Positions 22,525 to 34,171 of a DNA stretch of 53,504 nt are shown in pieces (position 1 is the stretch's first letter; every line of letters starts with the position of its first letter). The notes under the pieces were generated by a model that was given only the letters and a program-made list of their open reading frames with translations, made no database searches and was not told the DNA's origin. The DNA comes from Elsinoe ampelina (Eukaryota): positions 589,967-643,470 of the forward strand of contig ML992514.1 of NCBI GenBank assembly GCA_010093995.1, in the 5' to 3' direction. The translations under genes were made by a program, and so were the position numbers.

Positions 22525-24186
22525 ATGCAGCTGTGGCGGTCTCGTGCGGTCTCGACTGTTCAAAGTCGGCTTGTCAGAGGCCAGCATGTCCGGCGGACGT
22601 GTCGCTCCGTGAAGGTTCCTCGCTGGTTGCCTCCCTTTACGTTCCAACAGATCCAGCCGAAATTAGATGTCCTGCGCGATCAACCTGTCGAGGTCTGTGG
22701 TTGGCTAACAGGCAAACGAAATCACGGTCGAGTCTCGTTTGCAGACTTGCAAGATGGTTCTGGCAAGGTGCAACTCGTCTTGCAGCATGAGCAAGCAACC
22801 GAGTGAGCCCGACTTTGAAGGAATCGGGATCGTCTGCTAAGTCTGCTTCAGGATCACTGTAGGCTCTGCCGTCGTCGTCACGGGTGTTCTGAACGAGAGA
22901 AAGGCAGGATCTGTGCCTCCATTTGAAGTGATCGTGGAGCAAATCGTCCCACAAGGCGAGAACGACGCCGAGGTACGTCCCATAGCCGCAACATTGACGA
23001 TCCACTAACTATGCATGAGAGCTCTCCTGTCCAACTCAAGCACTACTCACCTCAATTCCTACGTTCAGTGCCACACCTTCGCCCTCGCCATCCGGCATTG
23101 TCCATGCTGCTCAGGGCTCGGTCAAACCTCATATTTCAAATGACCTGCATGATGGCGGGTGAGAGATTCGTCCAAGTCCACACTCCGATTATCACCTCCT
23201 CCGACTGCGAGGGAGCGGGCGAGGTATTTACTGTCACGACGAACAAGAATGACAGTCCTGGATTCCGAGACCACTTCTTCCGAGAGCCAAAGTATCTTAC
23301 CGTATCTGCCCAACTACATCTTGAGGCTCTGGCAGGCTCACTTGAGAGAGTGTGGACATTGTCACCAACATTCCGAGCGGAGAAGAGTGATACGTCCCGC
23401 CATCTGAGCGAGTTTTACATGCTAGAGGCGGAGATGGCGTTCACAAAGGACCTTAACGATGTCATGGTGACTGTGGAGAGGTCGATCCGGATGTCTGTCA
23501 AGCAACTACTAAAATCCGGCTTCGATCATGAGCTACTCGAACGGGCAAGGTCACATGTCTCTTCGGATGGCCAGGACCAGGTGGATCCTGATACCTTGAG
23601 AAGGAGGTGGGAAGGAATTGAGAAAATTGAATGGCCTCGTGCGACTTACGACAGGGCAATTGAGATCTTGCAGGAAGCTCAAGAGGATGGTCACAAATTT
23701 GAGCACGAGATCAGCTGGGAGAAAGGGCTGAACGCGGAACATGAAAAGTTCCTCGCCAGAAAGATAGGTGACGGTTCGCCTGTGTTCATCACCGACTATC
23801 CTCGGGAGCAGAAACCTTTTTACATGAGTTCAACCCCAGGCAGTAATGGAAGGACAGCCGCGTGCTTCGATCTCCTGGTACCGGACTTGTGTGAGATTGC
23901 TGGAGGATCAATTCGAGAGCATCGTCTGGACTCATTGGTGCAGAAGATGCAGGAGAAAGGATTGATTGACCCCTCGCTGTACAAGAAAGCTGAGGAGTCC
24001 GGCGACGAGCAGGCAGCCATACCAGAGAACAGCCTGGACTGGTATATGGACCTCAGGATCTACGGTAGCGTACCTCACGGCGGCTACGGTTTGGGTTTCG
24101 ATCGGCTGCTTTGCTACATTACTGGAGTCAACAACATCCGTGATGTGGTTGCGTTTCCACGCTGGCATGGCAGATGCGATGCTTGA
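22525..24186 (+). CDS. SLM5: Mitochondrial asparaginyl-tRNA synthetase, 2 introns
   Basis: Arg-rich presequence, OB-fold (FADLQDGS), TPIITSSDCEGAGEVF, YLTVSAQLHLE, PTFRAEKSDTSRHLSEFYMLEAE, EIAGGSIRE, YGSVPHGGYGLGFDRLL; introns about 22803-22851 and 22973-23019. Confidence 0.92.
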
Positions 24187-24906
24187 ACAAGGATTGACTA
24201 CCTTCCATGGCTTGTACAACATATAATAGCATAAGATACCAATAGTCTCGCCTCTGAAGACAAACAGTCACAAATTCCGGAGGATCGGCATGTCCATGGT
24301 CTAGCCGTCGTTGAAGCTAAACACCGTGAGAGATTGATCTCCGATATCGGCACACGGTTCTACAACGACACACCCTGCTGGTATGTATGATGGAATCAGG
24401 TAGGTGATTAGAGGTCTTTGTGGATTCTGCAAGCATCGATTCAGACAGAGCTGGTAAGGATATCAATGGCTTGAAGGTGGTATTAAGAATGACGATGTGT
24501 GGAGGGGTCAACCCCAAAAATGCACACTAATGAAGCACTTCCGCGGCCGGCATGATTTCATTGCTCCAGATTCGAGGTCCTGTCGCCAGCAGAAAAAGTT
24601 CCCGCGGTTGCGGCGTCCCAGAGGTCCCAGCTCTGCCTACCAGCGTTTCTCGAGATCGCTCACAAAGTTTAATGCTGTCCACATCACTGTGATCTGTGGC
24701 CAGTCCTTACTCGCATATACACCATTGCCCTTTTTCCGCCAGGCTCACGAATCGCGATCCTGCTCTCTCGCTTGCTGCTGGCGCTGCTGCTTTGCAAAGG
24801 ACAAAGAAGCCGAGGGCTTCATTTCTGACAAGCTCCAGTAAGATCTGATAAGGCTTCTCCGACAACCACCAATCTGGATCAGAGGTTTACACCAGGAGTC
24901 GGCCAG

Positions 24907-26197
24907 ATGGCCGCACATGACAAGCTCATCATTGAGGAGGAAGACTATGAGTGAGTGTCTGTGGTCTTTCCACTAGAACAACAGCTCACACCGTGCAGAT
25001 ATGAAGGTCTACCACCCAACTTCTCACTGGCCGCCAACATGGCTGCCGGCGCCTTTGCTGGTGTCGCGGTATGTCATGGAGACTCAAAAAGAGGAGCAAG
25101 CTCTCATTGTGCTTACAGGAACACACGGTCATGTATCCGATAGACCTGCTCAAGGTATGGGAATCGCGGCTTTGCTGGGGTGCCGGGGCAGGAGACTGAC
25201 ATACCATCTTCAGACCCGCATGCAAGTCATCAACGCTTCTACGGTTTACACGGGCATAGGAAACGCGATATCAACAGTCTCAAGAGCAGAGGGATACTTG
25301 TCATTATGGAGGGGCATATCGAGCGTGATATTAGGTGCAGGTCAGTCAACACCGTACTTCTGGCAGCCGGACACCACCATTGACGATTACAGGACCCGCG
25401 CACGCCGTCTATTTCGCGACATACGAGGTGGTCAAACAGGCCATGGGCGGAAATGCCGCAGGTCATCACCCACTTGCTGCTGGTACGCAAATTTCGTCCG
25501 CTTGGCGGGGATCTGCGGAGTGCTGACCGTAATCATAGCTACCAGTGGAGCTTGCGCAACAATAGCGAGTGATGCTTTCATGAACCCATTTGATGGTATA
25601 CCTTCCGATTCCGAACGACGTTGAGACGACTCTAACCTATCCAGTGATCAAACAGCGAATGCAGGTACACGGCTCCACCTACAGAAGCGTCACCCATTGC
25701 GCGCGAGATGTCTTCCGCAACGAAGGTCTACGCGCATTCTACGTCTCCTACCCCACCACTCTCACCATGACCGTACCATTCACCGCAATGCAATTCACAG
25801 CATACGAAAGCATCAGCAAGCTTGTAAGAAGAAGGCAGGGATACGATCCTCTCACACATTGTTTGGCGGGAGGTTTAGCAGGAGGCATAGCGGCCGCGGT
25901 GACGACACCTCTGGATGTGATCAAGACACTGTTACAGACGAAGGGCAACTCGACGGACAGGGAGATTCGTGGTGCAAAGGGATTGTTTAATGCTGCAGGA
26001 ATAATTGCAAGAAGGGAGGGTGCCAAGGGATTCTTCAGGGGCATGAATGCTCGGGTGGTCACCGCCGCGCCGAGTACAGCGATCTGCTGGTAGGAAATGC
26101 CGGATACGCGCTCGACGAATGCATGAAACTAATCAGAAGCAGGTCTGCGTACGAAGTCGCCAAGGCATACTTTGTCGCTCGCGAGGAAGCGAAATGA
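24907..26197 (+). CDS. Mitochondrial iron carrier (mitoferrin, Mrs3/Mrs4 family), 7 introns
   Basis: DYEYEGLP, AGAFAGVAEHTVMYPIDLLKTRMQ, GAGPAHAVYF, MNPFDVIKQRMQ, FYVSYPTTL, TTPLDVIKTLLQT: three carrier signature repeats. Confidence 0.92.
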
Positions 26198-26848
26198 GAT
26201 ACCAACCCGTCACCATCCGACACAACACAGCGAGCCGACTTTGAGCACAGAGGAACGAACAGGGGCCCCGTCCACTTCCTCACAACGACACTACGATTTC
26301 TCTTACCACCCAAGCTCACAAAGGTACCCAATGCTCAAGACCCCCCACGCTCCGACACCAGCACAAGACCGTGCTACGATTTTCAACATCACCTCATAGA
26401 CACGCATCGTAGCGCAGATCGGCGCTCTGCGGTATCCGCAACACCACTATCTTCTTCTACCCGACCAGTTTCAGGCAAAGCGAAAGAGCAGGCGCGGAAA
26501 ATAAGCCCTGGTCCGGCCAACAGGTCTGTTATGAGAGGAGGCCAAAGCAAGACCACATTGTGTACATACTACGGCATATGGATGATATACCGGACAGTAA
26601 GGGATAGAGAAAAACAATCATCGAACAACAATCATCCGAACCACCAGGACGGCATAAAATCTCGTCACGTGACATGTTGCGGATCCTTTGTCCAGGAAAT
26701 CTGTTCCTTCAGTCATGGATGCAAGTAAACGTTACGCGCTATATCCGGCCTGTTGCCCTCTAGATCCACGCAATGCCGTCACCTCTCCTCTCCTTCCCTT
26801 CCCCCTCCTTTTCCCTTCCCCTTCCCCCACCTTCTCCAAAAGAACAAT

Positions 26849-27648
26849 CTACTTCTTCTTCCCCCCCCTCGCCTTCTTCCCCGCCGCCAACGCCCTCATC
26901 CTCTCCTCCCTCGCCATCTGCTCCCCTTTGGCCTTCTCATGCTCCTCCCTCTCCTGCCTCTCCGCCTCCTTCCTCGCCGCCTCTTCCTCCCTCTTCTGCC
27001 TGACCAACTTCAACCTCTCGAGATCCGCCCGCGCCTGATCCGTCTTGCCCTCGGCCTGCAGCTTCTGGTACCGCTCTTTCGCCTGCTGCGCCTGCAGCGC
27101 CTCGCGTTCCCGCCGGCTGAGCTGGCTCGAGTCGGCGGATTTCTTGGGTTTGCTGGGCGGCGCGTCGGCGCTGGGGGCCGGGATGGGTTTGGTGGCTTGG
27201 GCGCGGGCTTTGGCCGTGTGGTTCGGGTTGGCGGGCATGCCGGCTGCGTCGTCAGAGTCTTCTTCGTCCGAGTCGTCGCTGGGGGGTAGGTCGCCTGGTT
27301 GTGCTGGGCCGGTTTTGCGGGCTATGGCCGCTTGTTTCTTTGCTTTTTGGGCGGCGCGGCGCTCTTCGCGGGTGAGCTCTGTGTTGCCGAGAGAGGCAGA
27401 GGGGCCGCTGGGGGGGAGACCGTCGTCGGAGCTGGATTCTTCTGAGGAGGATTCTTCGGAGGAGGAGGATTCGTTGTCGGATGCCCACATGGATTTCTCG
27501 GCGCCGTCGGCGTCGACGGGGCGGAGGTCGCGGGAGAAGTGCTTGCCGCCTGAGTCTGTCAGGAGGAGAAGGAGAGGATGGGATGTGCGAGGAACGTACC
27601 ACCGCGCTTGGGCTTGGAGAACTTGCCTCCTCGACCGCGGGAACTCAT
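26849..27648 (-). CDS. PDAP1/HASPP28-like heat- and acid-stable phosphoprotein
   Basis: ATG at 27648: MSSRGRGGKFSKPKRG/GGKHFSRDL (intron about 27551-27599), acidic Ser tract, LSRRERE...ERYQKLQAEGKTDQARADLERL (PP28 motif). Confidence 0.85.
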
Positions 27649-28300
27649 CTTGAGGAGGAGGGGGAGGGGTAGGCGGTCAGAGCCTCACTGAGGTATTGCG
27701 GGAGACTAAGAGTTACTGAGGTTGAATTGTGGTGTTTCTCGTGCGAATAAGTCTTCTGGATACAGCTAGAAAGAGGGACGAGGTTGCAAGAGTGTGTTGT
27801 CAAGTGGTAAAAGAAGTCAAAGATGACAGACACTTGGGCAGCATCTCCCCCCAAAATCATCCATGTGCACGTGCCCTGCAACCCTGAAAGTCCAATCATG
27901 TCGCCCGCTTTTACGAAATCTTCCTTTCTTTCTATCATGAAAACGAGTCCTTCCTATTCACTCTGTCTTGCTTGATATCCGTAGAAGCTGGAGGGGAAAT
28001 GGAAGGCAAGAGTAGAGGACTATTGTCCTTTCGCCTGCTTACCCCTTGGTATCCTCAATTCGTGGACATCCGGGAAATACAAACTGGCGGTACAGATTTT
28101 GTGACGGCCGCTTCGAAATTGTGTGCGTGATGGAGAGTCTGGACGCGACTTCCTCAGATGATCCGGACGCACCTGCCTGATTTCAGCGTGAAAGCTGAGG
28201 TGGCATTGTAATGGTTTGTATCTCATCATTGGCTTCACCGAAGGTCGACACCAACATCAACATTCCCCCATCTCTTTCATCCAGGGTCATTTCTACCATC

Positions 28301-30600
28301 ATGCATATCTCATCTCTTCTAGCTACTGTAGCGATCACCTCGTCCGTCACCTCAGCCTCGCATCAAGGCTTGATCTTCGACGCTGGCAAATCTACCAATC
28401 GGACCAGCATCAACAACGGCACTAACCTCGACCGAGCACCATCGATTGAAGATGAACGACCTTGGGCACATGGCAGGAATGTCACGACAAATTACCTCCT
28501 AGCTGCTCTGTTCCCCTACTCTGCCGTCACACTCGAAGCCGTCATCACGCCGCTCCGGGTCATTGCGAGAGCTTTCCTCCGACGCGAGAAGTCAGTTCAC
28601 CAATCGACCGACGAGCATGACCTCCAGATCTCGAGCGTTCCGACATACGCAGACCTCACAGATCAGGGTTGGCGGGCTGCTGTCCATGGACATGTTCATC
28701 TCGGCAGCCCTCTGTCCGACGATTGGTACAAAGAAAGCAAGCATTTGAACAGCACGATCGAACGTCTACTAGTGCGGGCAACAATGAACAAGACTCACCA
28801 TAGCTACTGGCGCAAATACTTCTACCAGCTCAATGAGACCGAGCGGACCACTGCGATAATCCGTGCCTACATCCTCAGACGTGCGCCTGTGAAAGGCCTT
28901 GGCTTGCGGGCTATCAAGTTCCGCGAGGATTGTTTCGAATCTCGGTCGTCAGACCCCTCAGAACACTACAACGGCTCCGTTCCACTGTACGGCAGCACTG
29001 ACCGCGAGGGAGGTTTCGACGAAGACATCATCATTCCGACAGAGTGGATCGAGCGCGACCTGGACCCATACGAGACTAAAACAGTGGTTGAAGTGCCATA
29101 TCGAGTATGCCCCAGGGATGAGAGCATGGTTGCGGAAGAATTCTTGCGCAGGGACGAAGTGCCAGATGTCTTCAGCGATATTGACCTTGAGCCTGACATT
29201 GACACCGACAACTCTCCCGATGGTCACATTGATTCTCAGACCGGTCTACACGATACAGCAAACGTTGATTCTGATGGTCACACCATCTCGCAGCTGCCAC
29301 GCATTTATCTCATTCCATCCAACGGCCTCACAATCATCAGTGATGTTGACGACGTTCTCCGCGTTGCAGAGGTGTAGAACCTGAAGCAAGCAATTCTCCG
29401 AACTCTGGCACAGGTCCTTGAGCCTTGGTTGGATATGCCAGCAATGATCAAAACTTGGTGGCAGGCCGTTCCTGGAATTCATTTCCACTATTCAACAAAG
29501 ACACCCGAACTGGGCGCCAAGTTCTACATTGACGGAATCGAGAAATAGTAAGTTCTTGAACACGCTGACCACGGCTGCCACTTACAAAGTCCAGCTACCC
29601 ATCTGGCTCATGGGACTTTCGCCCAGTCGGATTTGCCAACTTCTTCGAGACTCTCAATGGGACCAATTCCAGGTATCGACGCCTGGCGAAGATGGTCGGC
29701 CGCTTTCCCCATCGCAGATTCATTCTCCTAGGCGATACCTCCAATCCGTGAGCCCTCTCAACACGTCACACTGCAGTCACACATTGCTAATGCATAATCA
29801 GAGACACGATGCGCGACTATCCCAAGCTGATGAAGGAGTTTCCAGATCAAGTTCAATGCATCTTACTGCGTGACACCCAGGAGACTGAGGCGGTAAGAAG
29901 GCCTTCTCCAACTCAAAGTCGACTTGCTGATCTATTGCAGGCTGATTGGCGTACACCGTCCACGAGACATATGATCGGTCTACCCTTACACAAATACTAC
30001 TTCTTCTCTCGCCCCTCCGACCTACGAAACATTTCCACTGGCCACCTGAATATGCTCGCAAGCTTTCCGCCAACCGAGATGTATGGCCTCGACCGACCAC
30101 TCGATGAGTTCAAGACTGGTGAAGGCGCTATCCTAAACCCTCGCCTCAACCAATCTTACGCTGACGATGACCCTTCTTACAAGCCCATTGACCGTCTATT
30201 GATTAATGAAGGATGTTTCCCACCAGAATTCTCCCCCTTTACGGACAAGGTTCCCATCGATCTCATCAACAAGAAGAACCTCTTCCATGCCGCCAAACCT
30301 CATGAAGCCCGCAAACTCAGCAAGTCCAGATTCACGGGGATTACCAGCGTGCTTCGCATGGTCTGGTGGCGAGTCAGGTGCGACTTCATCAAGGGCAGGC
30401 AGAGCGACAAGCTTCGACAACACTGCCGCTACGATCTTAGGGCCGGAGGCAATTGGACTGAGCATGGTGATGGCAAGGGATGGTGGGATCAAGACAAGAT
30501 GGAGTATATCCGATCGTACCAGCCAAAGGAGAAGCACGAGCACCATCATCGCCACCACCCTTACCAAGAGCATAATCAGAAGCAGTCGGAGTCTGCTTGA
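28301..30600 (+). pseudogene. App1-like phosphatidate phosphatase (DUF2183-type) with predicted signal peptide and one in-frame TAG at 29375-29377
   Basis: Hydrophobic N-terminus; GLTIISDVDDVLR; the frame continues past TAG as NLKQAIL...PWLDMP...HFHYST.TPE, then after clean introns YPSGSWDFRP, FPHRRFILLGDTSN, DYPKL...QVQCILLR; normal stop at 30600. Confidence 0.8.
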
Positions 30601-30769
30601 TTGCTGGTTGTCGGATGTGTACGGGGTCATTTGGCGTTGGTGGGCTTGCAGCTTTGGCGTTGGTAGTCTTGTAACTTCAAGGTATTGATTCCGTTTCCTA
30701 TGCTGTTGATATGCCCCACACATCGTCTCCAGCGTTGGTTGTGTACCCCATTTCTTCCTTGCATACACC

Positions 30770-31745
30770 TGATATGATACTGGCTTGAAGCTATCTCGAT
30801 CCGGAGTTTGCGTATCTCAGTCCGGAGAATCGACATCTCGTTGCGGAAGATGGGCATGTCTGTTCGGGAAATGACTATGCTACTCCGTATAGCTGGCTAT
30901 ATCACTCGATGCTAGCGGCATTCGACTCCGATCATCTGGTCCCTCGCTCCGACCCTTTAGTATCTTACTCTGTTTCTCTAGTATCTCGCTCCGTTTCTCG
31001 AATACTCCGCTCCAGTCCTCTAGTATGTCGCTCCAAATGTACAGGGACTCGCTCCGAAGCGATATTACTATGCTGTAAAGGATAGCACTACACTCCGAAA
31101 CGATTGCATCACGCTCCGAAACGATTGCAACACGCTTCAAATCGATGCTGTCCCGCTCCAATTCGATAGCACCTCAATTCGAAATTCTGGCATCTCGATC
31201 CGGAGGAACAATATCTTGTTTCGGAGATCTAACATCTCAATCTGGAATATCGACAACTCGAATCGGAGTGTCGGTATATCTACACAGAGTATTCTGATCT
31301 GGGACCGGAATGTCCATATGCCGTACAGGTTGACTAAGATCCCATGACGGCCAGCAAATATCTCAAAAGGGAGTTTGATCATCACGAATCAAGAGATCTC
31401 TATCTCGGGGCGGAAAAGCCTCAACTCCAATCGGGACTTTCTCATCTGCAGTCGGAACATTCTCACCTCCAATCGGAACATTATGAACTCCAATCGGAGC
31501 AATTTTTATCGCGAATCGAAACAGCCTCATCTGAAACCGGAGCCTTGAGAGATGCTATCGGAATAGCGAAACCTCGAAGTGGATCACTGGTATCTCGACC
31601 CAGAGCGCTGACATTCCCTTCCGGAAGATACTCATCTCGTCCCGGGATACTTGCATCTCCTTCCGCAACATTGACATTTCTACTCCGTAAGGTTGTCATC
31701 TACACTCCGTAAGGTTGTCATCCACACTCCGTAACGCTGTCACCG
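30770..31745. repeat. Degenerate tandem array with about 21-bp period (roughly 45 units)
   Basis: For example CACTCCGAAACGATTGCATCA / CGCTCCGAAACGATTGCAACA / CGCTTCAAATCGATGCTGTCC (31091-31153) and CTGCAGTCGGAACATTCTCAC / CTCCAATCGGAACATTATGAA (about 31446-31487). TCCG/CGGA cores recur in phase; 22-bp units occur at 31681-31735. Confidence 0.8.
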
Positions 31746-31937
31746 CGATTCAGAAAGCTCATACCCCAATTGCACTGCTATCATCTAAACAACACAACGA
31801 CGACTGTACATCATGCAACAAATATATACATCTCGAACAGAACAACAGCCCTCGTCCCTTCCCCCTCCCCATCTCCTTCCACCCCATCATCAACCCCACC
31901 AACCCCGTACCCTCTACGCCTCCCAGACCCAAACCCC

Positions 31938-33443
31938 CTACTGCGCCACCGGCGCCAACGCCTCCCACTCCTTCACCCCGACACCCGCATACCCTCCCGC
32001 CCCACCACTCGCCTCCAACACCGCCCTCAGCCCCGTCGTCCTCACCTCCTCAAACCGCACCTCGGCCGGATCATCCGTCACAGCCGTGACATACGGCGTC
32101 GCATTCCCCACGGCGGTCCAGCTCCCATCCGCATCCCGGTACTCCAACCTCCACGCCCTCGGGGGCGCCACCCCGACGCTCGAACCGGCGGGCTGGTCCG
32201 CGAAGAAAGCCATCCTCGCGCCGTTGAGGGCGACGGGGGACGGCCAGGTATAGACGAGCGTTGACGAGGGGGGCGAGGAGGCGCCGGCGTACGAGGACCA
32301 GTAGTCTGGCGGGAGCGGGTTGGAGGGGGTTTTCCGGTCGTTGAGGGCGGCGGTCCAGTACTGGATCGGGGTGGGGGCGAGGGAGGAGGGGACGGCGAGG
32401 GGCGCGATGTTGCGGGTGGGGATGCGGGGGGCGGCGGGGCGGCGGGAGGGGGTGATTTTGTTGATGCGGGGAGGGGATTGCGCGTCGTCGAAGGTCAGCT
32501 CGTCCACGGCGATGGAGCGGCGGAAGTGTGTCGCGTTGGCTGCGTCGGAGGTGTGGTAGGTGAAGTACCATTTGGTGCCGAATTGGACGGCGCCGGAGTG
32601 GGATGTGGTCGAGGAGACGACGTCGAGGATGGTGCCGCGGTAGGTCCAGGGGCCGAGGGCCGAGGGGGCGGTGCCGTAGGCTATGCAGGCGTGGTAGCTG
32701 GTGGGTGTGCAGGGGGAGGTGGGGCCGGCGTTGTTGCCCGCGTAGAGCATGTACCAGGTGGACGAGCGTTTGGTGAGCCAGGCGGCTTCGAAGAAGCCGG
32801 TGAGGGTGGTGATGCGGACGGGCGTGCCGATGGGGGTGACCATGTCGGAGGCGATTTCGGTGCCGTAGAGTTGGTTGAAGCTGCCCCAGTAGACGTAGAC
32901 TTTGCCGTCCGTGTCGACGTAGACGGTGGGGTCGATGTTGTGGATGTTGTTGCCCGTGATGCTTTGGCTGATGATGGGGCCGCCCTTGGCGTCTTTCCAT
33001 GGTCCGGCTGGGTTGTCGGCGACGGCGACGCCGATGGCGAACTTGTCGGCATCGTTGCTTCGTGACTGGAAGGCGGATGCGTAGATGTAGAACTTGCCGT
33101 CTTTGCCTTGGACGATTTGGGATGCATAGGCTCGTCCGGTTGTGGCCCAGGTGAAGAGGGTTTGCGGTGTGGCCACGTTGGTGTTGAGTGTCCACTGTCC
33201 AACAGCAGAGGCATTCTTGGACGACCACAGCATCCACTGATTCATGATGAAGTCGTTTGTCCTTGGCCCGGCCTCATCTCTTCCTGAAAGAATGTAGAAT
33301 GTGTCGCCGACCACGAATGGGGCTGGGTCAGCCGAGTAGTAGCTGCCATCTGCCAGGAGAGGGTTCCCAGTCGATTGGACGTTGATGGTCTGGCTGACAG
33401 CGCCAATGGCGAGGACTGCCGCTGGGAGTAATCGTGACAACAT
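31938..33443 (-). CDS. Secreted glycoside hydrolase family 43 with C-terminal beta-sandwich (CBM-like) domain
   Basis: Signal peptide; YSADPAP (base Asp), NIDPTV (pKa-modulating Asp), FFEAAWL (acid Glu); intronless 501 aa. Confidence 0.9.
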   Translation of the reverse strand: MLSRLLPAAVLAIGAVSQTINVQSTGNPLLADGSYYSADPAPFVVGDTFYILSGRDEAGPRTNDFIMNQWMLWSSKNASAVGQWTLNTNVATPQTLFTWATTGRAYASQIVQGKDGKFYIYASAFQSRSNDADKFAIGVAVADNPAGPWKDAKGGPIISQSITGNNIHNIDPTVYVDTDGKVYVYWGSFNQLYGTEIASDMVTPIGTPVRITTLTGFFEAAWLTKRSSTWYMLYAGNNAGPTSPCTPTSYHACIAYGTAPSALGPWTYRGTILDVVSSTTSHSGAVQFGTKWYFTYHTSDAANATHFRRSIAVDELTFDDAQSPPRINKITPSRRPAAPRIPTRNIAPLAVPSSLAPTPIQYWTAALNDRKTPSNPLPPDYWSSYAGASSPPSSTLVYTWPSPVALNGARMAFFADQPAGSSVGVAPPRAWRLEYRDADGSWTAVGNATPYVTAVTDDPAEVRFEEVRTTGLRAVLEASGGAGGYAGVGVKEWEALAPVAQ

Positions 33444-34171
33444 GTTGGCACTGAACGAGGAGCAAGAGAATCAAACCCTGGCGAAAAGACTCACTGGTCA
33501 CGGCCTATACTTATGGAATAACCTACCAGTACTCACAGCGAGTCAAAAGTTACACCTCCTCACGTATAGGGCATGTACCAGGTGACGGATCCGAAATTGT
33601 AAGGTCAGTTTCAGTAGATGCTTGGCTCTCTCGAAGCGTTTCGGATGGAGCGGTGGAGGCGGAGGAGGTAGGGCGGAGAATTTATCAAAACGCGTTTACT
33701 GTAACCAGGTCGATCATTTAGGGAGCTCCTGTGGGGGGAGAGGCCCTAAAACTTTTCGGATGCAGGGCCCACCGGAGCGTCAGATCTTGAACGTGCGGGG
33801 ATCTCGTGATGTGCAGCACTAGTCATGCAGTCTAGATTGACGGTTTGATGGGTTCCTGGGATGTTGCTTTGCACTGTTTGCAGCGTCGAAGGATCACGAG
33901 TCTTGTTGTACCGCCTCTGGCCGGGCATGAGCGTCACAGCCAAGTCACGGGCACGATAGACGGGAAGAGGTCGTGTTAGCATCCATGCGAATGCTCCTCT
34001 GCATTTCATGTCACCCAAGGTCATTACTTCGTTAGAAGACTTGAAATCCTACCGGCTCTTCGTGAGCACTCTCCTTTCCACGCCATTATCCATCCTGATG
34101 GCAAAACCCTGGAATAGTCATCGCTGCATCGCTGCTTGGGTATCATCTTCGTCCATATCACGTCCTCGGGT

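Noticed and set aside
30770..31745. CRISPR-like array
   Set aside because: Units are contiguous and degenerate with no constant repeat plus unique spacer structure; eukaryotic context and no cas genes.
31938..33443. Horizontal transfer of the intronless, GC-rich GH43 gene
   Set aside because: GH43 genes are common in filamentous fungi, other native genes here are also intronless, and the composition matches the local skew pattern; a phylogeny would be needed.
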